This document shows, piece after piece, positions 15,078 through 24,132 of a stretch of 32,000 nt of DNA. The translations under genes and the position numbers were made by a program. Under the pieces are notes generated by a model. That model searched no databases, was not told the DNA's origin, and saw only the letters and a program-made list of their open reading frames with translations. Numbering within the stretch: position 1 is the first letter of the stretch; each line of letters starts with the position of its first letter. Origin of the DNA: Candidatus Kuenenia stuttgartensis (lineage in GTDB: Bacteria; Planctomycetota; Brocadiia; Brocadiales; Brocadiaceae); NCBI RefSeq assembly GCF_900232105.1, contig NZ_LT934425.1, positions 2,490,001 through 2,522,000 of the forward strand, in the 5' to 3' direction.

Positions 15078-15779
15078 TTGCCTAATTATCTTGAAACCAA
15101 TTACTTTGAAGATGAATATGCTCAGGACAGGTATCCGCAGAAATTGTGCAATTTTTTGACCGAGTGTTACTTTAAAACGGGAGATTCTGGCAAGATTCTG
15201 CTGGACATAGGATCTGGGAAGGGCAACTATCTTGTTGGTTTTTCAAGAAATGGTATGATTGTAAAGGGTTTGGATAAGAGAAGAGAATGTATAAGGATAT
15301 TACCAGATTTTGATATCTGTGAATGTGACTTGGGAAAAGACCCATTCCCATTTGAAGATAATTATTTTGATTTTGTTTTCTCTAAATCTGTACTGGAGCA
15401 TGTATATAATACTGAAAATATAGTCAAAGAGACTTATCGAGTGTTAAAACCTGGGGGTATTACGGTACAGTTAACACCTGACTGGGCTACGGATTTTAAA
15501 TACTTCTGGGATGACCCTACCCATGTAAAACCTTTTACCAGAAAAGGTCTCAGACAGGCCTTTATACTCGGTGACTTTATAGAGGTCGAATGCAAGGAAT
15601 TTTACCAAATTCCTTTTTTATGGAGACATCCGGGTCTTGTTTTTATTACACGAATTATATCTTTACTGCCGAATTCTCTTAAGTGGAAAGATAAAGAAGA
15701 AAGAATTCAAAATGTTCTTATTCGTCACTCTAAAGAGCGTATGCTTCTTTTGAGTGCACAAAAGCCATCTCAGCGATGA
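15078..15779 (+). CDS. Class I SAM-dependent methyltransferase
   Basis: 233-aa ORF with motif I LLDIGSGKGNYL and a post-I acidic residue, plus LKPGG. TTG start. ATGA overlap with the next gene. Confidence 0.7.
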   Translation: MPNYLETNYFEDEYAQDRYPQKLCNFLTECYFKTGDSGKILLDIGSGKGNYLVGFSRNGMIVKGLDKRRECIRILPDFDICECDLGKDPFPFEDNYFDFVFSKSVLEHVYNTENIVKETYRVLKPGGITVQLTPDWATDFKYFWDDPTHVKPFTRKGLRQAFILGDFIEVECKEFYQIPFLWRHPGLVFITRIISLLPNSLKWKDKEERIQNVLIRHSKERMLLLSAQKPSQR

Positions 15780-16600
15780 AAAATTCCGTGGGAATCATGC
15801 AGGGGAGATTATCCCCTCCAGTTGATGGGAGGATACAGGCGTTCCCTTGGGATTGCTGGGAACGGGAATTTTTTCAGGCTAAAGAAATTGGCTTAGATCT
15901 GATAGACTGGATTGTAGAAGCAGATAGACTTCATGAAAATCCAATTTTGACTAATCAGGGTAGTAAGACAATAAAGACACTTATGTCAAAGACCGGAATT
16001 CGCATTGGTGCAGTATGTGCTGATTATTTTATGGATTGCCCACTCCTGAGATGTTCTCCTTCTGAACTGAAAGAACGTTTGGAAGTACTTGATTTATTAA
16101 TTGTTCGTTTAAATAACCTTAATATTAAATATCTAGAAATACCATTTGTGGATAATTCCGCGATTAAAGATGCTGCAGAATTAGAGCAGATAAAGCAGGT
16201 TATCAAACCGACCCTTGAGAAGGCTTACCAACTCGGGGTAACTTTTGCATTTGAAACCTCACTTCCAGATGAAACATTTAAGGCCTTTTTGCTAAGTCTT
16301 AATCATCCTGCAGCAAGGGCAAATTACGATACAGGCAATAGTGCTTCCCTCGGCTATAACCCGAAGGAGGAATTAGAGGCTTACGGTAAGCTGGTAGTTA
16401 CAGTTCACATAAAAGACCGAATATTAAATGGAGGAACAGTGCCTTTGGGTCAGGGTAATACTGATTTTGCCACATGTTTTTTGACGCTAAGAGCTAAAAA
16501 ATATGCCGGGCCTTTTATACTCCAGGTAGCAAGATCTGGTGATGAGATCGAATCAGCCAAGGGAAATCTGGCGTTTGTAAGAAAGTATTTGAATGAGTGA
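15776..16600 (+). CDS. Xylose-isomerase-like TIM-barrel protein (sugar phosphate isomerase/epimerase family)
   Basis: 274-aa ORF. Alternating beta/alpha pattern with FETSLP, VTVHIKDR and a short motif ending DF, typical of the AP-endonuclease-2/IolE-like TIM barrel family. By-eye call. Confidence 0.55.
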   Translation: MKNSVGIMQGRLSPPVDGRIQAFPWDCWEREFFQAKEIGLDLIDWIVEADRLHENPILTNQGSKTIKTLMSKTGIRIGAVCADYFMDCPLLRCSPSELKERLEVLDLLIVRLNNLNIKYLEIPFVDNSAIKDAAELEQIKQVIKPTLEKAYQLGVTFAFETSLPDETFKAFLLSLNHPAARANYDTGNSASLGYNPKEELEAYGKLVVTVHIKDRILNGGTVPLGQGNTDFATCFLTLRAKKYAGPFILQVARSGDEIESAKGNLAFVRKYLNE

Positions 16601-16606
16601 GGAACT

Positions 16607-17653
16607 ATGTCAAAAAATAAAATGAAAATTCTATTTATCGGTCTTGGTGGCATAGGGCAGAGGCATTTGAGAAATATTTATGCCAAGTTTGGGGGCGATG
16701 CGACACTGCTTGCCTATCGTGTGCGGAATCTAAAGCAGGCTATAACTCCGACTCTGACCATAGATGAAAATGTTGATCTTATAGAAAAGTACTCGGTCGA
16801 TATTTTTACGGATATGGATAATGCCCTCTCTCAATTGCCAGATGTGGCCTTTATTTGCAATCCATCGAGCCTTCATATTACTTCTTGTCTAACTGTCGCT
16901 AAGGCAGGTTGCGACTTTTTTGTGGAAAAACCTCTATCAAATTCTCTCGATGGCATCGAAGAATTAGTATCCATTTGTCAATCAAAAGGACTGATAAGTT
17001 TCGTCGGCTACCAGCTTCGATTTCATCCCTGTTACAGATTGTTTAAAGAGCTTATAGCAAAGGGAACCGTTGGGAAATTATTGTCTATTCATGCTGAGGT
17101 TGGAGAATATCTGCCTGACTGGCATAAGTATGAAGATTATCGGCAGATGTATGCATCGAGAAGTGATTTAGGTGGAGGGGTAGTGCTGTCACAGATACAT
17201 GAACTGGATTATTTATATGATTTATTCGGCGTGCCAAGCAGGGTGGTTGCATTAGGGGGTCATCTAAGTAATTTAGAGATTGATGTAGAAGATGTAGCCG
17301 ATATTTTGATGGATATGACCTTTAATGGGGGGAGACTGCCTGTTTCTGTGCATATGGACTATATTCAGAAGCCTCCTTCTAGGAATTGTAAGGTAATAGG
17401 AGAATCGGGAAAGATTACTATGGATCTCACCGAACTTAAGGTGATTGTGGAAAAACCCGGTAAGGAAAAGGATATCCATGATTTTGGCGGTTTTGAACGC
17501 AACGAACTTTTTGTCAGAGAAATAGATCATTTTTTTGAATGTGTTGCTAGCCGTAAGCAACCTGTCGTAACACTTATGGATGGAACGAATAGTTTGAGGA
17601 TGGCGTTAGCAATTAAGAAATCGATGGAAACTGGAAAAATTATTGGTCTCTAA
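16607..17653 (+). CDS. Gfo/Idh/MocA-family NAD(P)-dependent oxidoreductase
   Basis: 348-aa ORF with KILFIGLGGIGQRHLRN Rossmann motif and FFVEKPLSNSLDG (EKP motif). Confidence 0.8.
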   Translation: MSKNKMKILFIGLGGIGQRHLRNIYAKFGGDATLLAYRVRNLKQAITPTLTIDENVDLIEKYSVDIFTDMDNALSQLPDVAFICNPSSLHITSCLTVAKAGCDFFVEKPLSNSLDGIEELVSICQSKGLISFVGYQLRFHPCYRLFKELIAKGTVGKLLSIHAEVGEYLPDWHKYEDYRQMYASRSDLGGGVVLSQIHELDYLYDLFGVPSRVVALGGHLSNLEIDVEDVADILMDMTFNGGRLPVSVHMDYIQKPPSRNCKVIGESGKITMDLTELKVIVEKPGKEKDIHDFGGFERNELFVREIDHFFECVASRKQPVVTLMDGTNSLRMALAIKKSMETGKIIGL

Positions 17654-18505
17654 ATGAATACGAAAAAGGTAAAAACAAAGATAAACCAGCTATTTGACCT
17701 TTCTGATCGTGTTGCGATAATTACAGGAGGCGCTGGTATGCTTGGTGAGATGCATGCCGAAGCTATCGCCGAAGCAGGAGGGTGTCCAGTTTTAGTCGAT
17801 ATTAACGAAAAAGAAGCTATAAAAAAAGCAAAAATTATTTCTGAAAAATATGATGTAGATTCAATTGGGATTAGGACAGATATCACTAATAAAACCGACG
17901 TAGAGGCAATGTTGGAAACTGTCTTAAAAAGATTTGAGCGAATTGATATTTTGATCAATAATGCAGCAAATGACCCCAAAGTAAAAGCTAATAATGAGAA
18001 TAAAGCGGGGAGCAGATTTGAGAATTTTCCACTTGAAACTTGGAATCAGGATATAGCAGTAGGATTGACCGGAGCCTTTTTATGCACTCAGATAATCGGT
18101 TCTGAAATGGCAAGGCGAAAAAGTGGCGTCATATTGAACATTTCTTCTGATCTTGGGTTAATTGCTCCAGATCAGAGAATTTATACAAAAGAAGGTTTAC
18201 CTGAAGACAAGCAACCTGTTAAGCCAGTCAGTTATCCAGTAATAAAAAGCGCTCTTATAGGACTGACACGTTATGCAGCTACTTATTGGGCTGAAAAAAA
18301 TATTAGAGTCAATGCGATATGTCCTGGCGGCGTCCAGAGCGAACAGCCGATGGATTTTTTGGAAAAATTAACTTTCAGGATTCCAATGGGCAGGATGGCA
18401 AGAAAGGATGAATATAAAGGCGCAATATTATTTCTCATCTCAGAGGCTTCTTCCTATATGACTGGTGCGGTTTTGGTTGTGGATGGGGGAAGAACATGCT
18501 GGTGA
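17654..18505 (+). CDS. Short-chain dehydrogenase/reductase (SDR)
   Basis: 283-aa ORF with VAIITGGAGMLG (TGxxxGxG), NNAA, and catalytic YxxxK (SYPVIKSAL). Confidence 0.85.
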   Translation: MNTKKVKTKINQLFDLSDRVAIITGGAGMLGEMHAEAIAEAGGCPVLVDINEKEAIKKAKIISEKYDVDSIGIRTDITNKTDVEAMLETVLKRFERIDILINNAANDPKVKANNENKAGSRFENFPLETWNQDIAVGLTGAFLCTQIIGSEMARRKSGVILNISSDLGLIAPDQRIYTKEGLPEDKQPVKPVSYPVIKSALIGLTRYAATYWAEKNIRVNAICPGGVQSEQPMDFLEKLTFRIPMGRMARKDEYKGAILFLISEASSYMTGAVLVVDGGRTCW

Positions 18506-19563
18506 AAAGGATTTGTGCAACAGCCTCATGTGCTATTTGTAATAATTCAGATTTTATTCGGTATCCATACAACAAGCATAATAGAATTGCCAAGAAATTC
18601 TTCAAGTATTATAAGTATTATCTCTCTCTCTTTATTTCACCTATACTGAAATTGAAAGTATTCAATCCAAATTATTATAGAATTAATTTATTAAAAAAAA
18701 GATTAATTTGGTTAAATAATTTGGCTAATTGGGCGAAGGAAGATGTTCTCTTTTCCCCTAGATTTGATATCCTGAAATGCAAAAAATGTGGATATGGGGT
18801 ATATGATAGACAATTAGATGTTAAATTCCTGCATAAATATTTCAATGATACATATTTACCCCATCCCTTCTCGATTTCATCTAACGAATATCATAATGAA
18901 AGCCTATACCTTGAGGATATTCGTGCAATAGGACAGTATAATTTTGTTAAGGATGAACTTCGACATTTTTCCAAGATTAATATGCTTGAGATTGGAGGTG
19001 GCGGGACTTTATTTCCAAGATTAGTAAGAGAAAAGCATCAAGGACAAGTATTTATAAATGTAGTTGAGGCAAATGATTTTTGGGTACCATATTACAATGA
19101 ATTAGGTATAAAATTAATAGCAAAATTTTTCCCTGAAGGCGAAATAGATCAAAAATTTAACTACATCCATGTTTCCTTTTGTCTTGAATATGTCTATGAT
19201 TTGTTTGGTGCGATAAACAAGTTAAGGTATATGTTGACAGAAGATGGGCTGCTTTTTATAGCTGTGCCAAATTGCAATTCTGATTGGTATTCATTAGATC
19301 TTACTGACACGCCGCGTATTCATTTTTTCGCAAAGGAATCCTTGGCTAACCTCATGGAAAATTATCATTTTAAGGTATTATCGCTTCAAGAATATGGATT
19401 AACCCATTACGAACAATGTATGAGGGAAAGAGCCCCTAATAATTTCGATGAAAAAATACTTGAGGAAGCAAATATTTCTATAAGGGAAAATACCCCTCGC
19501 GCAGACGGAAATTGTTTGAGAGGGTTGTTTACTTTAAAAAACCATTCATTATTTGATGTATAG
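18496..19563 (+). CDS. Putative SAM-dependent methyltransferase with a Cys-rich N-terminal region
   Basis: 355-aa ORF with MLEIGGGGTLF (motif I-like) and a later LLFIAVPN block. N-terminal CATASCAIC and KCKKCGYG could form a zinc ribbon. Overlaps the SDR stop by 10 nt. Confidence 0.5.
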   Translation: MLVKRICATASCAICNNSDFIRYPYNKHNRIAKKFFKYYKYYLSLFISPILKLKVFNPNYYRINLLKKRLIWLNNLANWAKEDVLFSPRFDILKCKKCGYGVYDRQLDVKFLHKYFNDTYLPHPFSISSNEYHNESLYLEDIRAIGQYNFVKDELRHFSKINMLEIGGGGTLFPRLVREKHQGQVFINVVEANDFWVPYYNELGIKLIAKFFPEGEIDQKFNYIHVSFCLEYVYDLFGAINKLRYMLTEDGLLFIAVPNCNSDWYSLDLTDTPRIHFFAKESLANLMENYHFKVLSLQEYGLTHYEQCMRERAPNNFDEKILEEANISIRENTPRADGNCLRGLFTLKNHSLFDV

Positions 19564-19762
19564 GCTGGATGGAGCAAAATTTATAATGTTATATAGGAAA
19601 AGAAGCTGTTAATCGATATATAACTATTATATGAATGAAAACATTACAAACTTTTACAATGTCAACTTTAAACAAGATGCGAGCTTTCGAGGTGCTAGAC
19701 ATATTTAATATAAAAATTTTACTATTTCCTTTGTTTTAAGTCTATCTGGAGTTTCGGATTTA

Positions 19763-21091
19763 ATGCTATTGAAGACCGATAAAGAGACAAAAAAGGTAAT
19801 ATTTTTCTGCCCTGGCCCTGAGTATTTGTTTTATAACACTGGTATTTATTGTCTTTGGGAATTGTCACGCTCCTATTCAGTTGTTTTGCTATTAGATTTT
19901 CCATACCATGATTTAAACAAACTAGAGAAGTTGAAAGAAAAAGGAATAGTGCAAGATTATATATACATTTTTTTTAATCCGACAACGCACTTAAAACTAT
20001 TTAAAATGTTTAAAAGGCATTGGCATTACTATCGGGTATGCAGATTTATTTTTGCCAAATATCAACCTACCGCGATCATTCAGCACAATGATTACGATCC
20101 ACTAAATATTTATTGGTTCAAAGAAGCCTCCTTTCGAAAGTGTAAAAGAATAAGGTTTAATGCTAGCCATTCGCCTGATGATCCAAATCGTGATATTCAA
20201 AGGATGCAGCTTATGCATATAAACAGCCTGCAAAATAAATTTAAAATCCCGTATTGGCTGGCATTTCTCTTTCACTATTTTAATCATATTACGTCATATT
20301 ATTTTGGTTATTATATAGTGCCTTTCGTAATTACAGGTCGTGTTTTTAAGCCAAGCATAAGATCCTTTCCAATTAAAAAGAAATGGTATAATAAAAAAAT
20401 AAATTATTATGAACATAGCATTGCTTATTCAGAAAAAGAAAAGAAAGGTTTAGTGGTTTATTGTGGAGAACCAGCGACTGCAATAAGAAATCCTTTATAT
20501 GATATTCAGGAGGATGTATTTTTCTGCCTTTACGGGCCAATAGAGGAAATGAATACAATTCTTATTTTGCTAACTGCCTCCGAAATGCAATATATAGCGA
20601 AAGCGAAGGATATGCCGCAGGAGGACGTAATTCAGTTCTTTTTTGATAGGTGGTCAGAGGCCATTGATATTTTAAAGAACAAATTCATTAATTATAAAAT
20701 ATTCTTGAAATTGAAACCCGGCCAATCAAGAGATATTCAGTTCCAATATAATGAACTTGCCAAACGCCTTTTAGAGCATAATGGGCATATCTCTATTATC
20801 CCGAGTGAAGAAAACACCCAAAAATTAATACTTGAAGCAAAAATTATTGTAACCAGTTATTCCTCTGTTCTATGGTGGGCCAATCATCTTAAAACTAAGA
20901 AAATCTTAATCAGCCTTGATATATTTGATATACCGGAGGGTGACCTTTTCTCAAATACAGAGGGTATTTGCTATTTTGATAGCTTAGAAGCATTGGCTAA
21001 GTATGACTTTTCAAAAGTTTCACAAAAAAGGAAAAGTATTTTGCCGGAACTTACATTGACAGCGTTTATGAAAAAACATGTTGGGGTTTGA
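19763..21091 (+). CDS. Hypothetical 442-aa protein, possibly a GT-B-like transferase
   Basis: Real-looking ORF in operon orientation, preceded by the only ~200-nt gap inside the cluster. An N-terminal VIFFCPGPEY Rossmann-like start and a C-terminal AKIIVTSYSSVLWWA block recall the ..DYSS.. block of TagF/capsule-type GT-B enzymes. Weak, by-eye call. Confidence 0.3.
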   Translation: MLLKTDKETKKVIFFCPGPEYLFYNTGIYCLWELSRSYSVVLLLDFPYHDLNKLEKLKEKGIVQDYIYIFFNPTTHLKLFKMFKRHWHYYRVCRFIFAKYQPTAIIQHNDYDPLNIYWFKEASFRKCKRIRFNASHSPDDPNRDIQRMQLMHINSLQNKFKIPYWLAFLFHYFNHITSYYFGYYIVPFVITGRVFKPSIRSFPIKKKWYNKKINYYEHSIAYSEKEKKGLVVYCGEPATAIRNPLYDIQEDVFFCLYGPIEEMNTILILLTASEMQYIAKAKDMPQEDVIQFFFDRWSEAIDILKNKFINYKIFLKLKPGQSRDIQFQYNELAKRLLEHNGHISIIPSEENTQKLILEAKIIVTSYSSVLWWANHLKTKKILISLDIFDIPEGDLFSNTEGICYFDSLEALAKYDFSKVSQKRKSILPELTLTAFMKKHVGV

Positions 21092-21116
21092 ATTTTATAA
21101 CGGATGGTAAGATAAT

Positions 21117-22097
21117 ATGTTTGAAGATTTACTTTCAGTAAAAAAGCCTAAAATATCGATACTGACTCCATCATTAAACCATGGTAGGTTTTTGGTTGAT
21201 ACAATAGAATCTATTCTCAGTCAATCCTACAGAAATTTTGAGCATATTGTTTTTGATGGAGGTTCAACAGATAATACTATTGAAATTTTGAAGAAATATC
21301 CGCATATCCGGTGGATTTCTGAGAAAGAAGACAACATAGTTCAGGCATTTAGAAGAGGATTGGATATGGCTAAGGGAGAATATGTCATGCAATGCTGCGT
21401 TTCAGACGGCTACCTAAATAAAGACTGGTTTAAACATTGCGTGGAGATATTGGATTCAGATGAGGAAGTTTCTCTGGTGTGGGGATTACCACAATATATG
21501 ACAGAGGATGGCTACCTTCGCAATATTTCATATGTAGAATTTTTTAATGATCATCCTCCCCAGAAGATGGACTTCTTTCCTTTTTGGTTAGCTACAGGGT
21601 TTTGGTATCCAGAAGGAAATTATTGCGTTTCCCGAAGGGTTTTTGATATATGCCTTCCCAAAGATGACCCTAGAGATCCTTTTATAGATCATTTGCATAT
21701 GGGATTTATTTATAATTTTAATGCCCTTGGCTACCTTCCTTATTTTCTTCCTGTAATTGCAAATTATGGCAGAACGCACGAAGATTCAAGAGGGAAGCGG
21801 TTATCTAATATAGAAATGCCTATTATGGATAGATATTATAGGTATGTAAAAGATTATAAAAATAAATTTCTCAAAGGAAGTAGCATTCATGTTTTTAAAA
21901 ACAGAGTGTCTACAATATTGAAGGAAGTTACTCATGCTGAGATTAGAAAATGTAGGTGGAAAATACTGAGATATCGCATTATTAACTCAAGATGTGTTCG
22001 GACTGATATTTATACTATGCAAAAAAAGTTACGTAAGAAAATAAAGGACAAACAACTATTAAGTTCCATTAAAAAGTTTTATAGCACTTTTTTTTGA
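21117..22097 (+). CDS. Family 2 glycosyltransferase
   Basis: 326-aa ORF with ISILTPSLNHGRFLVDTIESILSQSYRNFEHIVFDGGSTDNT, the GT-A/GT2 N-terminal signature. Confidence 0.8.
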   Translation: MFEDLLSVKKPKISILTPSLNHGRFLVDTIESILSQSYRNFEHIVFDGGSTDNTIEILKKYPHIRWISEKEDNIVQAFRRGLDMAKGEYVMQCCVSDGYLNKDWFKHCVEILDSDEEVSLVWGLPQYMTEDGYLRNISYVEFFNDHPPQKMDFFPFWLATGFWYPEGNYCVSRRVFDICLPKDDPRDPFIDHLHMGFIYNFNALGYLPYFLPVIANYGRTHEDSRGKRLSNIEMPIMDRYYRYVKDYKNKFLKGSSIHVFKNRVSTILKEVTHAEIRKCRWKILRYRIINSRCVRTDIYTMQKKLRKKIKDKQLLSSIKKFYSTFF

Positions 22098-22131
22098 AGG
22101 TTATAGGAATATTTTTACGTGGCAAAACACA

Positions 22132-22896
22132 TTGAATAAGATTTTTAAAAAAACGAAATATAACTTGAAAGAAATTTTTTTTAAAATTTTCTTAAAATCT
22201 CTAAAAACAACAAATATAGAAAAACGTGAAGAATGGTTGAAGAAGACACTAAAAAAAATTCCAGATGGTTCTCGTATTCTTGATGCTGGTGCAGGAGAGC
22301 AGCAGTACAGGTGCTTCTGTACCCACCTAAACTATGTAGCTCAGGATTTTGCTCAGTATGACGGCAAGGGCAATGATGCAGGGCTACAGATGGGAAATTG
22401 GAATCAATCCAACCTCGACATCATTTCTGATATTACAGCAATTCCAGAACCAGACGCCTCTTTTGATGCCATAATGTGTGTGGAGGTACTTGAACATCTA
22501 ACTGATCCCATTAAAGCAATTCATGAGTTTGCTCGCTTACTCAAACCAGGTGGACGTTTGATTTTAACCGCGCCTTTTTGTAGCCTGACGCATTTTGCCC
22601 CTTTCCATTTTTATAGTGGATTTAACCGCTATTTTTACCAAAAATGGTTGAAAGAACTTGGGTTTGATATTGTTGAGATAGTGCCAAACGGCAACTACTT
22701 TGAATTTCTCCAACAAGAAATTATGCGATTAAATCTTATGTCACTAGAATATGCAACAAAAGCTAAATCATTAAGTATGATTGAATATTTTGCTATATGG
22801 AAAATACTGCGAACATTAAAACGTTTGTCCAAAAATGATAACGGTTCAAATGAAGTCTTGTGTTATGGGTATCATGTCCTTGCTACTAAAAGGTAA
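22132..22896 (+). CDS. Class I SAM-dependent methyltransferase
   Basis: 254-aa ORF with ILDAGAGEQQY (motif I), CVEVLEHL and LKPGGRLILTAPF. Confidence 0.75.
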   Translation: MNKIFKKTKYNLKEIFFKIFLKSLKTTNIEKREEWLKKTLKKIPDGSRILDAGAGEQQYRCFCTHLNYVAQDFAQYDGKGNDAGLQMGNWNQSNLDIISDITAIPEPDASFDAIMCVEVLEHLTDPIKAIHEFARLLKPGGRLILTAPFCSLTHFAPFHFYSGFNRYFYQKWLKELGFDIVEIVPNGNYFEFLQQEIMRLNLMSLEYATKAKSLSMIEYFAIWKILRTLKRLSKNDNGSNEVLCYGYHVLATKR

Positions 22897-22912
22897 TTAA
22901 TAAAACGGATAA

Positions 22913-24112
22913 TTGATGAACCTTAAGAGTAAAATAAAAAAAATTCAATTCTTATATACTATAAATGCATATTGGAAGGCAAAACAAACAAAAAGAAATT
23001 ACGCAACTATAAAAAAATATTATGAGGTTCTTTCTGCCGAAAGAAAAATCATATATCAGGAAAATAATATTCCAAATCAGTTGGCTGATTCTTTTAGTGA
23101 AAGAAATATCAAGATAAGGCCATTACCAAAAGGGAATTTAAGAATTATCTATGTAGGAACAGATGAGGGGCAAGATTTTGGAGGGATTATACAGGGTTTA
23201 CGAAAGTTCGGAGAGGTTATTGCTTTTGATCAAAAATCTGGTCTATATGGACAAATGCTTTTTGATAAAAAGGGAGTAGATGTTGCCCAAATTAACGGAA
23301 AACGACTAATGGCAATTGTCCATGACAACATTAATTCATATCCTTTGCACGTTGTTATCGGCCAGATGTGGGGCGGGACAATGGATTCCAGTATATTGCA
23401 AGCTGTGAGAAATATGGGAATCCCAGTTGTCAATATTTCTATGGATGATAGGCATGCATTTCGATTGAGAAAAGTTGATGGCAAATGGATGGGAACATCC
23501 GGTCTTATTGGGGCAGTAGATCTTGTCTGTACAACAGCAAAGGAATGTTGCTTATGGTATCAAACAGAGGGTTGTCCAGCTATTTACTTACCGGAGGCAA
23601 GTGATCCAGAGTTATATAAGCCAGGTACTGTTACAAAGGAGTACGATGTCTGTTTTGTGGGAGCAAATTATGGGATTAGACGTAAAATTGTTAAGGCTAT
23701 CGAGAAAAAAGGTATCAGAGTTACATCTTATGGGAATGGCTGGCCAAATGGGAGGATAGATGTAAAAATATTACCGGAAATTTTTTCTAAGTCCCGCGTA
23801 GTATTAGGTGTAGGCACTATTGGTCATTGTACAGATTTCTATTCGTTGAAGATGCGGGATTTTGACGGGCCGATGTCAGGGAGTTTTTATTTAACTCATG
23901 ATAATCCTGATTTATATGAGCTTTATGATATAGGGAAGGAAATAGTAACTTATCGTAATCCCGAAGAATGCGTTAATAAAGTTGAATATTATCTTACACA
24001 TCCTGATGAAAGGGAAACCATTGCTAAAGCTGGGAAGGAAAAGGCTATAAAGAACCATACATGGGAGAAAAGATTTGATAAGGTATTACGAGTCGTTGGA
24101 ATTATTAAATAG
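22913..24112 (+). CDS. CgeB-like / DUF3880-type glycosyltransferase-family protein
   Basis: 399-aa ORF. The C-terminal block EIVTYRNPEECVNKVEYYLTHPDERETIAKAGKEKAIKNHTWEKRF is typical of the Glyco_trans_1_2 (CgeB) family as I recall it. Confidence 0.5.
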   Translation: MMNLKSKIKKIQFLYTINAYWKAKQTKRNYATIKKYYEVLSAERKIIYQENNIPNQLADSFSERNIKIRPLPKGNLRIIYVGTDEGQDFGGIIQGLRKFGEVIAFDQKSGLYGQMLFDKKGVDVAQINGKRLMAIVHDNINSYPLHVVIGQMWGGTMDSSILQAVRNMGIPVVNISMDDRHAFRLRKVDGKWMGTSGLIGAVDLVCTTAKECCLWYQTEGCPAIYLPEASDPELYKPGTVTKEYDVCFVGANYGIRRKIVKAIEKKGIRVTSYGNGWPNGRIDVKILPEIFSKSRVVLGVGTIGHCTDFYSLKMRDFDGPMSGSFYLTHDNPDLYELYDIGKEIVTYRNPEECVNKVEYYLTHPDERETIAKAGKEKAIKNHTWEKRFDKVLRVVGIIK

Positions 24113-24132
24113 AAAAATACAGGGATTTATTA

